From positions 6,084-70,083 of the forward strand of contig JACQIO010000016.1 in NCBI GenBank assembly GCA_016198415.1: DNA of 64,000 nt. Reading direction: 5' to 3'. Position 1 is the first letter of the stretch; every line of letters starts with the position of its first letter. This DNA is from Candidatus Berkelbacteria bacterium (GTDB lineage Bacteria; Patescibacteriota; UBA1384; JACPKC01). Under the pieces are notes generated by a model. That model had not been told where the DNA came from and did not search any database. It was given only the letters and a program-made list of their open reading frames with translations. Below are positions 46,038 through 55,510 of this stretch, piece by piece. The translations under genes were made by a program, and so were the position numbers.

Positions 46038-47129
46038 CTAGCGTTTTGACCTCCGATAGCCAGCTGTCACGGCCTCGGGCTCGGTGGCGAAGCAGGCCTC
46101 CGGCTTGGTCCGCTCGTAGAACTCGCCGCCCGGGACGTGGTAGATCATCGACTGGGCGTTCCCTTTGATTGCACGATCCAGTGGGCAGTCTGTGGTTGCG
46201 GCTTGGGGAATCGCCTCGTTGTAGTCGGGACGATTGGTCGATCCTGATGGTGTCGAGGAGGTGGTCGGCGCGTCCTCGCAGGCACCCCAGAGTCCTCTCC
46301 CCTCCTCCCGGGCCTCGGCCGCAAGCTCGGCAAAGTGATCGGCAAACCGGACGTTCGGCGGGATGGTCAGCGTGCTTGCAAACCCCTCAGCCACCAGGAC
46401 CTCGTTCACGAACGTTTTGCCCACCGTCACGTACGCGAGCGTCCGCCCATACTTATCGAACGGCTCGACGTCCCGCTCCAGCCTCACTCGCTGGCCGTCG
46501 ACGAGCTCTCGGTTTCGCTCTACTGCGGCCTGCCCATAGCAGTCATTCTTGCCGAGCGTGGTCTCCGGCGTGTCGATCCCAATGTAACGGACCCGTTCCC
46601 CTCCCTCGACCTCAATCGTGTCCCCGTCAATCACGCTCGTGACCAAGACCCCTTCCAATCCAACCCCCGGGGTTGGATGGTTGGCCGAGATGCTTGGCGA
46701 ATCATCAATCAGCGGGTCCGCATCGTCGCTCTCCTGGTTAGCATTGGCCGGAATCCCAAAGAGCTGTTGAGTAGATGGAGTTGGCGTGCCCACGATTACC
46801 GGCGTGGCTAGCCCTTGCGCCGAGGTCCCCAAGTCTCCAAGCGGTGTCGAAGCGTTCTCGCTGCGCTGTGGTGTCGCCGGCGATGCTGGTCTTACTGGTA
46901 CTCGGCTCGATACAGGGTCATCGGTGGTCGGACGGATCTCCCCTTGGATACCTGCCTGCGGGCGGGGCAGGCTTGACAAGTGGCGAGGGGGAAGTGTCTG
47001 GTCAGTGTTCGCATGAGTCGACTGAATCTGAGGCCGTCCCTCGCTGACGGGCAGGTCTTGCCGTCCAAGCCAGACAAGGCCGACGATCACAATCAGCCCC
47101 ATCCCCCATCGCCATGGCTTGGTACGCAT
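46038..47129 (-). CDS. Membrane-anchored thermonuclease (SNase family) with a small C-terminal domain
   Basis: VIDGDTI, VRYIGIDTPE, DKYGRTLAYV and GRGLW; C-terminal IKGN..IYHVPGG..CF..EA..AGYR. Confidence 0.88.
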   Translation of the reverse strand: MRTKPWRWGMGLIVIVGLVWLGRQDLPVSEGRPQIQSTHANTDQTLPPRHLSSLPRPQAGIQGEIRPTTDDPVSSRVPVRPASPATPQRSENASTPLGDLGTSAQGLATPVIVGTPTPSTQQLFGIPANANQESDDADPLIDDSPSISANHPTPGVGLEGVLVTSVIDGDTIEVEGGERVRYIGIDTPETTLGKNDCYGQAAVERNRELVDGQRVRLERDVEPFDKYGRTLAYVTVGKTFVNEVLVAEGFASTLTIPPNVRFADHFAELAAEAREEGRGLWGACEDAPTTSSTPSGSTNRPDYNEAIPQAATTDCPLDRAIKGNAQSMIYHVPGGEFYERTKPEACFATEPEAVTAGYRRSKR

Positions 47130-47585
47130 TGTTTCACTATACCGGCATCATCGATGCGCAAGACAGAAGTCTCGAGGGAGCGTCCAGAACCAGACGGCCG
47201 TCACGTTATGGACTCTTGCGGCCGCCATTCAATTGTGCGGTCGATCACAAGATCGAACGAACCCGCCTCGGGCGGGGAAACCACTCGTCGAGTGGGATCG
47301 TGGGGAGTGGAAGTCGTTTAGCTTGACGCTCACCTGTCGCCCGTCTTGACACCAGGTTCAGGATGGTGGTACGCTCGCCCGTCTTGCGCTGAGCTGGCGC
47401 GAGACAAATCTCATTGTGGAGTGTGGAACCTTCACAACCCACAGCTCAACCGCCCCGGTGTCATGACCGCCACAAGGCGGTGGATTCACTGCGGCACCAC
47501 CACCGGCAGGAAGTTCGCTGGCCGGCCTTTCGAGCGGTGCTCAAGGTTGGTCCGCGTCCAGGCCTGTCGTTAGGAGGATGAAAGG

Positions 47586-48602
47586 ATGCGTAAGGAGAAA
47601 GAAACGACGCAGCCGACTTGCGAGTGCTGCGTCGAGCACCGAAAGGTGCTTGGAGATCTCACCTGGAGGCGCTCGATGCTTGCGATCGTGCTGATTGGCT
47701 TCCTGGCATTGGGTGTCACCCTGATCTCAAACATGACAAGCGACACCAACGAACCTGAAGAGCTGATAGGGTTCGTCCTGACTCTCGTGGGCCTGGTCTG
47801 GGGTTTCGTATCGGCGCTGATCAGCCTCGCAACTGTGCGCACCCACTTCCTGTTCGAGGACGAGACCGGCTTGGTCCACGTTCACGACGAGGAGCCCGTG
47901 CTGATCAAGGTCTTCAACGAGGGCTCCAGGGAGTACCTGATCCGGATCACGCGCGCTATCCCGACGAACGACGTGAAGGTTATGGCGCAACTTGCCAAGT
48001 TCTTTGAGCTTCCGCCGGGTGTCCTACGGATTCGCGGACCAATCGTCAAGGTGACCCACGAGGTTCTTCGAGGGACCGGAGGTGGTTTCCTGGGCGATCT
48101 CAGCTGGGAAGTGAAGGGATGCAACCTGGTTGCTGACAACGACCTGTTTATTCGCTTCCAGCGTTGTGATGAACGAGGCGGGGTTGAGGTCTCGTTCGAC
48201 CACGTGTTCCGATTCTTCGTCCTTGCCAAGGGAAGGCCAGGGCAGGTTGGGAGCGTTGAGAATCTACTACGGCTGGCGATGCGATCAAGCATGAACCATG
48301 AAGCGGCCGAGGCAAGCAGAGAGGAGGCCGCCAAGCTCCGCGCTGCTTGCCAGGCCTTGAGCCAGGGATTCAGCGACGCCGTCTCGGTTCTTGTTCGTGG
48401 AGAGGAGCGGAGTCAGGTTTGCGCCAAGGCGCGGGATGCTCTGGTGATGGCCATGGCCAACGCTGCCACCGATCTCGGTGACCAGTCGATGTTCGTGAGC
48501 TTCGGGCGGGCGCTCCAAAAGGCTCGAGGTGAGATCGAGTCTGCCAAAGCAGGACGCCGAGGCAAGAGAAAGAAGGGGACCGAGCCGTCGCCGGCCTCGT
48601 GA
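47586..48602 (+). CDS. Hypothetical membrane protein
   Basis: Promoter TTGACA-18nt-TACGCT at 47346; structured leader; SD; two TM segments; terminator hairpin near 48650-48680. Confidence 0.7.
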   Translation: MRKEKETTQPTCECCVEHRKVLGDLTWRRSMLAIVLIGFLALGVTLISNMTSDTNEPEELIGFVLTLVGLVWGFVSALISLATVRTHFLFEDETGLVHVHDEEPVLIKVFNEGSREYLIRITRAIPTNDVKVMAQLAKFFELPPGVLRIRGPIVKVTHEVLRGTGGGFLGDLSWEVKGCNLVADNDLFIRFQRCDERGGVEVSFDHVFRFFVLAKGRPGQVGSVENLLRLAMRSSMNHEAAEASREEAAKLRAACQALSQGFSDAVSVLVRGEERSQVCAKARDALVMAMANAATDLGDQSMFVSFGRALQKARGEIESAKAGRRGKRKKGTEPSPAS

Positions 48603-48756
48603 CGGCATAAGATAGATCGCTACCGCGGCCAGGAGCTGCGGGGCACGCACAGGACCACCTGGAAACGGGTGGTCCTGTCTCGTTGCTGTACTTGTCATTG
48701 GTTCAGCAGGCCGCGCCCCCTCCACTCCCGGAGTGTCCCGGCGCGGATTAGAGCTC

Positions 48757-49089
48757 CTACCCGAGCAGTTTCTCGAGATGTCCCGTCAGTTCGGACTTAT
48801 CCACGAGGCCGACGGTCTGGCCGGCCGGCTTGCCGCCCTTAAAGTAGATCGTCGTCGGAATGCTCATGACGCCAAAGCGCATCGAGATCGGCGACTCCTC
48901 ATCCACGTTCACCTTGAAAAAGTTGATTCGGTCCTGGTACTCGGCCACCACCTCGTTCCACATTGGCTCCATGGCCTTACACGGTCCACACCAGACGGCC
49001 CAGAAGTCAACAACGACCGGCCGCGTCTTGGATCCTTCAATCACCTTCTGGTCAAACGTAGCCTGGGTGAGGTCTTGGGCGTCGCTCAT
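48757..49089 (-). CDS. trxA: Thioredoxin
   Basis: DFWAVWCGPCK and SIPT. Confidence 0.93.
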   Translation of the reverse strand: MSDAQDLTQATFDQKVIEGSKTRPVVVDFWAVWCGPCKAMEPMWNEVVAEYQDRINFFKVNVDEESPISMRFGVMSIPTTIYFKGGKPAGQTVGLVDKSELTGHLEKLLG

Positions 49090-49143
49090 ACGTCTCCTTT
49101 GCTCCGTTCGATCCTGCTCCAGTATTCGGAGGCGGTCAAGGGC

Positions 49144-49194
49144 GGTGAAAGGTGAAACGTGAATCGTGAAAGGACAGACCTTTCGCGTTTCACC
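49144..49194. repeat. Empty GTGAAAG heptamer element
   Basis: GTGAAAG GTGAAAC GTGAATC GTGAAAG ... CTTTCGC GTTTCAC. Confidence 0.8.
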
Positions 49195-49211
49195 TGTCTG
49201 GATTCACTAGA

Positions 49212-51890
49212 CTACGCACACTTGCTGTAGCCGCAGCTGGTGCAGTCCATGCAGCCTTCGCGGAAGGTCAGGGTGCCACCACAGTTGGGACAGGCGGGGG
49301 CGTGACCCAGGTCGGCCAGCCGCACCTTCTCGGCGGTGGCAACGGCCGTTCCCCCACTCGCTAACTGAGCGCCCGTGCCATCGGCGGTGGCGCGGACCGG
49401 TGGAATACCGGGTGCGCCAGCCAAGACGTCGCCTGGCCCTGTCACCAGTGGCGGCTCACTTGTCCCGTCTTTGAACTCGAGCGCTAACTCACCCTGGCCG
49501 CGTTGAATGTGGCGGGTCAAGACCTGGGCGATCGCATCTGGGACGGAGAGGACCATCCCATTCTCGGTCCAGAGCGGACTCGGTCCCCGGATTCCCTTCA
49601 GTTCATCGATGACCTCCTCAATCTTGACGCCCGCTCGGAGCGCCAGTGAGGCCAGGCGTGAAATCGCCTCGGTCTTGGCGGCAAAGAAGCCGCCGGTCTT
49701 GCCGAGCGCCGTGAAGAGCTCAAAGGGTTGGCCTTGCTCGTCATCGTTGACGGTCAGGTACATGCTCCCGTAGGCCGTTGGGACCTTGTAGGTAGTCCCG
49801 CGCATGGTGTCCGGACGCTTCCGAGGCGTGATGCCCACCGCCGTGGCCAGGGCGCTGGCGGCGCTCCCCTGCCCCTGCTTGGCCAGGGCATTGGAGTCGT
49901 TCGATTCGGTCAAGTTGAGGACCTGGACATCGCGTGAACCATCGCGGTAGACCGTGCCCCCCTTGCAGCCGAGGTCGTACATGAGCCGGTAGAGCTCCCC
50001 CACTTGCTCGCGGGTGTAGTCGTTCGGGACGTTGCAGGTCTTGGAAATCGATGAGTCAATCCAGCGTTGAATAGCGGCCTGGACGCCGATGTGCTCTTCC
50101 GGCGCCAAGTCCATCGCCGTCACAAAGTAGTCCGGCTTCTCCTGTCCGGGGTGGGTGGCCTGCCAGCGCTCGTAGACCTCGACGGTCTCCTCATGCATGC
50201 CCAGGCGGGACTTGCGCTGGTACGTCCAGTAGTAGAAGGGTTCAATGCCGGTGGAGGTACCGACCATCGTGCCGATGGTCCCATTGGGTGCCTGGGTATT
50301 GAGGGTGACGTTGCGGAGGCCGCGCTCCTTGATGGTGGCCCGGATCTCCTCCGGGAGCGTCTGAATGAACCCAGTCTTCAGGTGCTTGGCGGCCTTGAAC
50401 TGCGGGAAGCTGCCCTTCTCAGCTGCCAGCTCCGTGCTCATTCGGTAGGACTCGACCGTGAAGAACTCGTAGAGCGCATCGATGAACTGATTCCCCTCGG
50501 GGCTTCCGTAGCGGATGCCGAGGTTGATCATCATCTCGGCCAGGCCCATGGTGTTCAGGCCAACCCGCCGCTCAGAGAGCTGCTGCTTACGATTCTCCTC
50601 AAAGAAGTACGGCGTGGCGTCAATGACGTTATCGAGGAATCGGGTGGCGGCGCGGATGGTCTGGCGGAGCTCGTCCCACTTGACGCCCTGGATCGCTTCC
50701 TCGGTGGTGTGGGCGGTCTGGGCCTGGTACTCGTCCTTGACGAACTTGGCAAAGTTGACGGCCCCCAAATTACAGACGCCCCACTCCGGCAGGCCTTGCT
50801 CCCCGCACGGGTTGGTGCAGAGGATCGGGGCAAAGTAGGCCGACGGGCTCATCGCGTTGTAGCGATCCATGAAGAAGAGGCCGGGCTCGGCGCTTGCCCA
50901 GGCCGAGTCGATCATCTGCTCCCAGAGCTCCTTGGCGCGGATCGTTCGATAGACCTTGACCTTCTTCCCCGCTGCCTTCCATGTGTCTAGGTTGCCGTCC
51001 CACGCCTCGTCGTAGTCAGGATCGTCTCGATCCGGGAAGACCAGCTGCCACTCCTTGTCCTCCCGGGCGGCTGTCATGAAGTCGTCCGTGATGCCGACGG
51101 AGATGTTGGCGTTCGTGATCTTGCCCATCTTGGTCTTGGAGACAATGAAGTCTTCGATGTCCGGATGCCAGACGTTCAGGATGAGCATGAGGGCACCCCG
51201 GCGGGAGCCGCCCTGCTCAATGAGGCCGGTGGCGAAGCTGTAGAGGCTGCCCCAGCTGACGGCACCGGAGCTCCGGCCGTTGACGCCTTTGACGTGGTCG
51301 TACCGAGGCCGGAGACTGGAGAGGTTGATGCCCACCCCGCCACCTCGGGAGAAGACCTCGTTCATACTTCGGAGGACGTCGATGATCCCGTCGCGGGAGT
51401 CGCGCGGGCTCGGCAGGACGTAGCAGTTGTAGTACGTCAGGGCTTGCTTGGTGCCGCCACCAGCCAGAATCCGGCCACCCGGGATGAACTTCCAGTCGGT
51501 CAGGGCCGCCCGAAACTCGGCCTCCCAGAACTTCCTGAGCTTTTGGGTTGGCTCAACCGCGGCCATCCCCTTGGCGAGCCGGGCATGCATCTGGGCTGGA
51601 TCGGTTTCCACCGGCCGGTCGACGTGTTCGTCGGTCCGCATCACCTCAGAGCCATCAACGCGGAGCCGAACGGTGATCTGCTCATCCGCAATCTTGGTGA
51701 TCGTCCCAATTTCCCGCTGGCTCGTTTCCAGGTTGGTACAGACCACCACCGTGTCTCCCACCTCCATCGCACCCTTGCGGCGGTCCTTGGTGGCGTAGCG
51801 GTCCAGGAAGATTTTGTAGCCGATCTCGTTCAGGGCGTTGACGGTGGCGGTCTTGGGATCGTAGTTGGTGGTGGCAACGTTGGTGGCCAT
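49212..51890 (-). CDS. nrdJ: Adenosylcobalamin-dependent (class II) ribonucleotide reductase
   Basis: YYNC, TNPCGEQ, CNLG, APNGTI and YRDGSR; C-terminal TSCPD-like domain and Zn ribbon. Confidence 0.92.
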   Translation of the reverse strand: MATNVATTNYDPKTATVNALNEIGYKIFLDRYATKDRRKGAMEVGDTVVVCTNLETSQREIGTITKIADEQITVRLRVDGSEVMRTDEHVDRPVETDPAQMHARLAKGMAAVEPTQKLRKFWEAEFRAALTDWKFIPGGRILAGGGTKQALTYYNCYVLPSPRDSRDGIIDVLRSMNEVFSRGGGVGINLSSLRPRYDHVKGVNGRSSGAVSWGSLYSFATGLIEQGGSRRGALMLILNVWHPDIEDFIVSKTKMGKITNANISVGITDDFMTAAREDKEWQLVFPDRDDPDYDEAWDGNLDTWKAAGKKVKVYRTIRAKELWEQMIDSAWASAEPGLFFMDRYNAMSPSAYFAPILCTNPCGEQGLPEWGVCNLGAVNFAKFVKDEYQAQTAHTTEEAIQGVKWDELRQTIRAATRFLDNVIDATPYFFEENRKQQLSERRVGLNTMGLAEMMINLGIRYGSPEGNQFIDALYEFFTVESYRMSTELAAEKGSFPQFKAAKHLKTGFIQTLPEEIRATIKERGLRNVTLNTQAPNGTIGTMVGTSTGIEPFYYWTYQRKSRLGMHEETVEVYERWQATHPGQEKPDYFVTAMDLAPEEHIGVQAAIQRWIDSSISKTCNVPNDYTREQVGELYRLMYDLGCKGGTVYRDGSRDVQVLNLTESNDSNALAKQGQGSAASALATAVGITPRKRPDTMRGTTYKVPTAYGSMYLTVNDDEQGQPFELFTALGKTGGFFAAKTEAISRLASLALRAGVKIEEVIDELKGIRGPSPLWTENGMVLSVPDAIAQVLTRHIQRGQGELALEFKDGTSEPPLVTGPGDVLAGAPGIPPVRATADGTGAQLASGGTAVATAEKVRLADLGHAPACPNCGGTLTFREGCMDCTSCGYSKCA

Positions 51891-51901
51891 GACCCTCCTC
51901 A

Positions 51902-51963
51902 TGAATGGTGAAAGGTGAATGGTGAAAGGTGAAACGCCCAAACCTTACGTGTCACGCTTCACC
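51902..51963. repeat. GTGAAAG heptamer element between nrdR and nrdJ, overlapping the nrdR stop
   Basis: TGAATG GTGAAAG GTGAATG GTGAAAG GTGAAAC ... GTGTCAC GCTTCAC. Confidence 0.8.
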
Positions 51964-52433
51964 TCGATCCTTTCCCCCTCTTTCTGTTGGTCAGCGAGGA
52001 TCTTACCGAGTTCCGTTTCAAAGGCCTCCAGGTCCTCAAAGGATCGGTAGACCGAGGCAAAGCGCAGGTAGGCAATCGGGTCGAGCTGCTTCAAGTGGCC
52101 CAGGACTTGTTGACCGATCTGCTCCGAGCTGACCTCGTCTTTGCAGGTGGCGTAGAGATCGCGTTCGATGGCATCCACCAGCTGCTCGGCGTGCTCGGCC
52201 ACGGCTGACCGCTTCTCCCCAGCCTGGTGAATGCCCGCCAAGAGCTTCTCCTTAGAGAAGGGCTCGCGCCGGCCGTCCCGTTTGACCACCATGAGATTCA
52301 GGACTTCAATCCGCTCAAACGTGGTGAAGCGGAACTGGCAGGCCATGCACTCGCGCCGACGGCGAATCGCTTGCTCGTCTTCGCGCGAGTCAATCACTCG
52401 AGTCTCGCCCTTATTGCAGTGCGGACAAACCAT
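51945..52433 (-). CDS. nrdR: Transcriptional repressor NrdR
   Basis: MVCPHC..VIDSR..IRRRRECxxC..RFTTFE; ATP cone; AYLRFASVY. Confidence 0.95.
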   Translation of the reverse strand: MVCPHCNKGETRVIDSREDEQAIRRRRECMACQFRFTTFERIEVLNLMVVKRDGRREPFSKEKLLAGIHQAGEKRSAVAEHAEQLVDAIERDLYATCKDEVSSEQIGQQVLGHLKQLDPIAYLRFASVYRSFEDLEAFETELGKILADQQKEGERIEVKRDT

Positions 52434-52472
52434 ACTGGCTCCTTGGCCGGGAAAAAGAACAGGTTGGGTAAA

Positions 52473-52526
52473 ACCCAACATCTTGTGTTCCCTCACTTAG
52501 TCTAGGCACTAGATCTTGTGGTGCAA
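52473..52526 (-). promoter_or_regulatory. Two NrdR boxes overlapping the nrdR-nrdJ promoter
   Basis: ACCCAACATCTTGTGT (52473) and GCACTAGATCTTGTGG (52506); minus-strand TTGCAC-16nt-TAGACT. Confidence 0.75.
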
Positions 52527-52606
52527 GTGGACAAGCTGGGGATAATCTGCTGTACTCCACCCAGGTTTTGAACCTGAAGTATCTGAGGATGAAAGGAGGG
52601 AGGCAG

Positions 52607-53629
52607 ATGAGCCTCGCACCATTGATTGAGCGGCAGGTCGAGGCCGAGGCTGAGCACCGCCTGCTGTTCCAGCGGCTCGATCACGCCCGGACCGTAACGC
52701 TCCGCGAACTGCTGACCGATGCTGCGGCTCCAGAGCGGCTTCAGGCTCCGTGGCTGAACCTTGCAGTCATCCAAACTCGTTTTGGTCGTGCTACTGAGTG
52801 GCTGCATCAACATCAGGGAGTTGGCCGGGTGCGTGGCTGGCAGCACCTGGGCCCGGTCTTCTTCCAAGCCAGTCCCCTCGCTGAGGACGAGGCGGAGCAC
52901 AGCCGTCGGCTGGCTGACCCGTATGGGTTCTGCTACGCCGAGCGCTTTCAGGATTTACCGGCTCAAGCTGCGTACTTGGTGACCAACTACGGGAGTACGC
53001 CCGTTGGTATGGAGGAAGGATGGCAGCGTGGCTGGACCCTCTGGCCGCTCTCGGGCTTTAGTTCGCTGCTCTGCTTTGGAGGCGATGCAGTGTGGCGGGA
53101 GTACTTCCGCTCAAGACGGACGGCGGTTGGGAATCGCGTGCCGGACTGGCCAAGCCTCTTGGGAGTGGGCGGTGCGGTCGCCACTGAGTACCTGGTTCGG
53201 CTCGTGATTCACGATCTCGGACACAGCTTCCTGCCCACCATCGGACCGCTGCGTGAGTCCTACCACAACGTGATGATGCTCCGGGCTGGCGGTGGACCAG
53301 GACTGGTCGATCCCGGCTCGGACTGGGAATCCCTCGTGCTTGCTGAGTGCACGGATCCGTACTTCCCCATGCAGGCAGCCCGCCTCCTGGAATCGTGGCG
53401 CGATCGGATCGGGGAACTCACGCCCGTCCAGCGGTTCCTCCTTAACCTGTGGTCGCGCTGGTACGTGCCAACGTGCTCTAGGCGCCGGCAGCGCTACTGG
53501 GGCTTACGGCCCCGGATGGATGAAGGAGCCTGCTGCCGGCAGGCGGATCGGGTCCTGGATGCGATCGTGGTTGGTGGGTTCGCTGCCTACCATGATCGAG
53601 ATGACAAACGGGTGACACTGAGGAGGTGA
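52607..53629 (+). CDS. Hypothetical protein with an HxxxH metal-binding-like motif
   Basis: SD GGAGG; LVIHDLGH...ESYH. Confidence 0.65.
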   Translation: MSLAPLIERQVEAEAEHRLLFQRLDHARTVTLRELLTDAAAPERLQAPWLNLAVIQTRFGRATEWLHQHQGVGRVRGWQHLGPVFFQASPLAEDEAEHSRRLADPYGFCYAERFQDLPAQAAYLVTNYGSTPVGMEEGWQRGWTLWPLSGFSSLLCFGGDAVWREYFRSRRTAVGNRVPDWPSLLGVGGAVATEYLVRLVIHDLGHSFLPTIGPLRESYHNVMMLRAGGGPGLVDPGSDWESLVLAECTDPYFPMQAARLLESWRDRIGELTPVQRFLLNLWSRWYVPTCSRRRQRYWGLRPRMDEGACCRQADRVLDAIVVGGFAAYHDRDDKRVTLRR

Positions 53630-53636
53630 GAAAAGG

Positions 53637-53906
53637 ATGGAGGAAATCGAGCACGCGTCAGACGAACAGGTGGCAGCCAAAATGAAGCTTGGGGCCACTC
53701 GGCGTCGCGAGGGCGAGCCGATGGTCTACAAGGTGCCACTGGAGTGGCTCGCGCACCGTGCGCCCCACATGAAGCAGGCGCAGGTCTGGCAGAGTCCGGA
53801 GGGCGAGCTCAAGTTGCGGGGTGATCACCACCAGCGTGGGACGATCACGCCCCTGACGGTGGACAGCATCGAGCACGCGCTCGGGCTGCTCCGCCAGATG
53901 ACGTGA
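53637..53906 (+). CDS. Small hypothetical protein
   Basis: SD; 89 aa; followed by a terminator-like hairpin at 53909-53940. Confidence 0.6.
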   Translation: MEEIEHASDEQVAAKMKLGATRRREGEPMVYKVPLEWLAHRAPHMKQAQVWQSPEGELKLRGDHHQRGTITPLTVDSIEHALGLLRQMT

Positions 53907-53993
53907 CCAGTGGGCCGGGGATCTTCTTCTCCGGCCCACTCTTTGTCTATGCACGCTCATCACGAGCCCGCACCAGAATGCTATGCTGATCCT

Positions 53994-54575
53994 ATGCCAT
54001 ACAAGCCAAGCGCAATGCTCACACTCGTCCGGCGGGCTCACGGGTCGCAGTCTCGGTCTGGCGGACGCATCCCGTATTGGCATCATTGCGCAGGTGTTGC
54101 GGAACTACTGGCGTGGGCGTTCGAGCGTTCCGGTGAAATACCAGAACCGGTGGCCTACGAAGACTTCCACCTCGCCGCGCTTGGCCACGATCTCTACGAA
54201 GACACTGAGGTAACGCGCGCCGAGATCATTGACGCATTCGGCCCGCGCGTTGACGAACTCATCGAGGCGCTCACCAACCGTCAGGGCGATGATCACCAGG
54301 CCGCGTACCATCGGCAGATCGCTACCGGCCCCGAAGAGGCTCGGCTCATCAAGCTCTGCGATCTCATTGACAACACGCTGAGTGTGGCTGAGGCGCTCCC
54401 CGAGCTTGGTCAGGACTGGGTCAAGAACACCTTCCTACCGATTGTGTCGGGAATGCAAACGGTAGTCCTCGCCGCGACGTACCCAACCTTCCCGGTCACG
54501 GGCAGGGTCCTCGGAGAGCTTCTTGCCTACGTATCCACCCGCCTGGATCACGCCCTCCAGCGGGATGATGCCTAA
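53994..54575 (+). CDS. HD-domain small alarmone hydrolase-like (Mesh1/SAH family)
   Basis: AH..Q.R..G.IPYWHH, AALGHDLYED and IKLCDLIDN. Confidence 0.8.
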   Translation: MPYKPSAMLTLVRRAHGSQSRSGGRIPYWHHCAGVAELLAWAFERSGEIPEPVAYEDFHLAALGHDLYEDTEVTRAEIIDAFGPRVDELIEALTNRQGDDHQAAYHRQIATGPEEARLIKLCDLIDNTLSVAEALPELGQDWVKNTFLPIVSGMQTVVLAATYPTFPVTGRVLGELLAYVSTRLDHALQRDDA

Positions 54576-55480
54576 GAGTCCCCGGTGGTTGCGCGGCTCT
54601 CCAGGGTGACGGGAGTGTCGGAACCAGTCTTTGTGGGTTGCACGAGTTGAATCTGCTTGTTTGAGAAGTCCGGATACGGTTCCGGATAGTGGACGACGCG
54701 ATAGGCCTTGAGGTGATCCACGTCGGTCTGGGTGAGTCGTTCGTCGGCAAAGAGTGCCTCGGGGAAGTACGGGACGAGGTCGAGTGTTTGGAAGAGCTCA
54801 ATGAGCGGACGCCAGATCCAGTCTCGCTCCTGCCAGGTGAGGCGGTCGAGGTCGTGGAGGATGATGAGCAAGAGGAGGATGCTCTCGCTCAAGATGGGGA
54901 CGATAATGAGGCTCGTCGTCGTGCCGTCGTTGATGAGGATCAGCCCGGCCCAGAGAATGGCACTCAGGACCAGGAGACTCAGCCAGAGCGCCACCGGCAT
55001 CTCGTCTTGGACGTTGTGCGTCACGCCACTGTGGCCGCGCAGGAGATCGCGCAGCTCGTAGAGCATGTGATCAAGGAGCTGCCGTTGCCGGTCAGTCTTG
55101 ACCTTGAGGGAGAGGATAAAGGCGTTGAGGGCTTGGAGTTCAGGGAGGGTCTTGGTGAAGTCGGTCAGTCGGTAATCGAGCTGGGCCTGGAGGTAGCGAT
55201 CAACATGTCCGAGGTACAGAGCCGCCTCGTCGGCATCGAAGACCTTGGTCAGCTGACGCAAGCTAAAGAGCTGGCCATCCATCTCTCGGAGCGTTGTCCG
55301 GAGGCTGCTCAGTCGGTCGTTCTGCTGGGAGATGGAGAAGCCCAGGAGGATGGCGAAGGTGAACGTGGCAATCGAGAGGAGCGTGTCAAGGACAGGCGAC
55401 TCCACCTTGCCGGGGAGAAGGATGGCGAACGCCAGGAAGATAAGGTAGCCAGCCGTGAGAATCGGTACGTAGCGTCGCAC
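54572..55480 (-). CDS. Hypothetical membrane protein (DUF4239/bestrophin-like)
   Basis: Two TM pairs separated by a helical cytoplasmic domain. Confidence 0.55.
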   Translation of the reverse strand: MRRYVPILTAGYLIFLAFAILLPGKVESPVLDTLLSIATFTFAILLGFSISQQNDRLSSLRTTLREMDGQLFSLRQLTKVFDADEAALYLGHVDRYLQAQLDYRLTDFTKTLPELQALNAFILSLKVKTDRQRQLLDHMLYELRDLLRGHSGVTHNVQDEMPVALWLSLLVLSAILWAGLILINDGTTTSLIIVPILSESILLLLIILHDLDRLTWQERDWIWRPLIELFQTLDLVPYFPEALFADERLTQTDVDHLKAYRVVHYPEPYPDFSNKQIQLVQPTKTGSDTPVTLESRATTGDS

Positions 55481-55510
55481 TCCCCCTCCTTGCGCAGACC
55501 CCCTGGCGGG

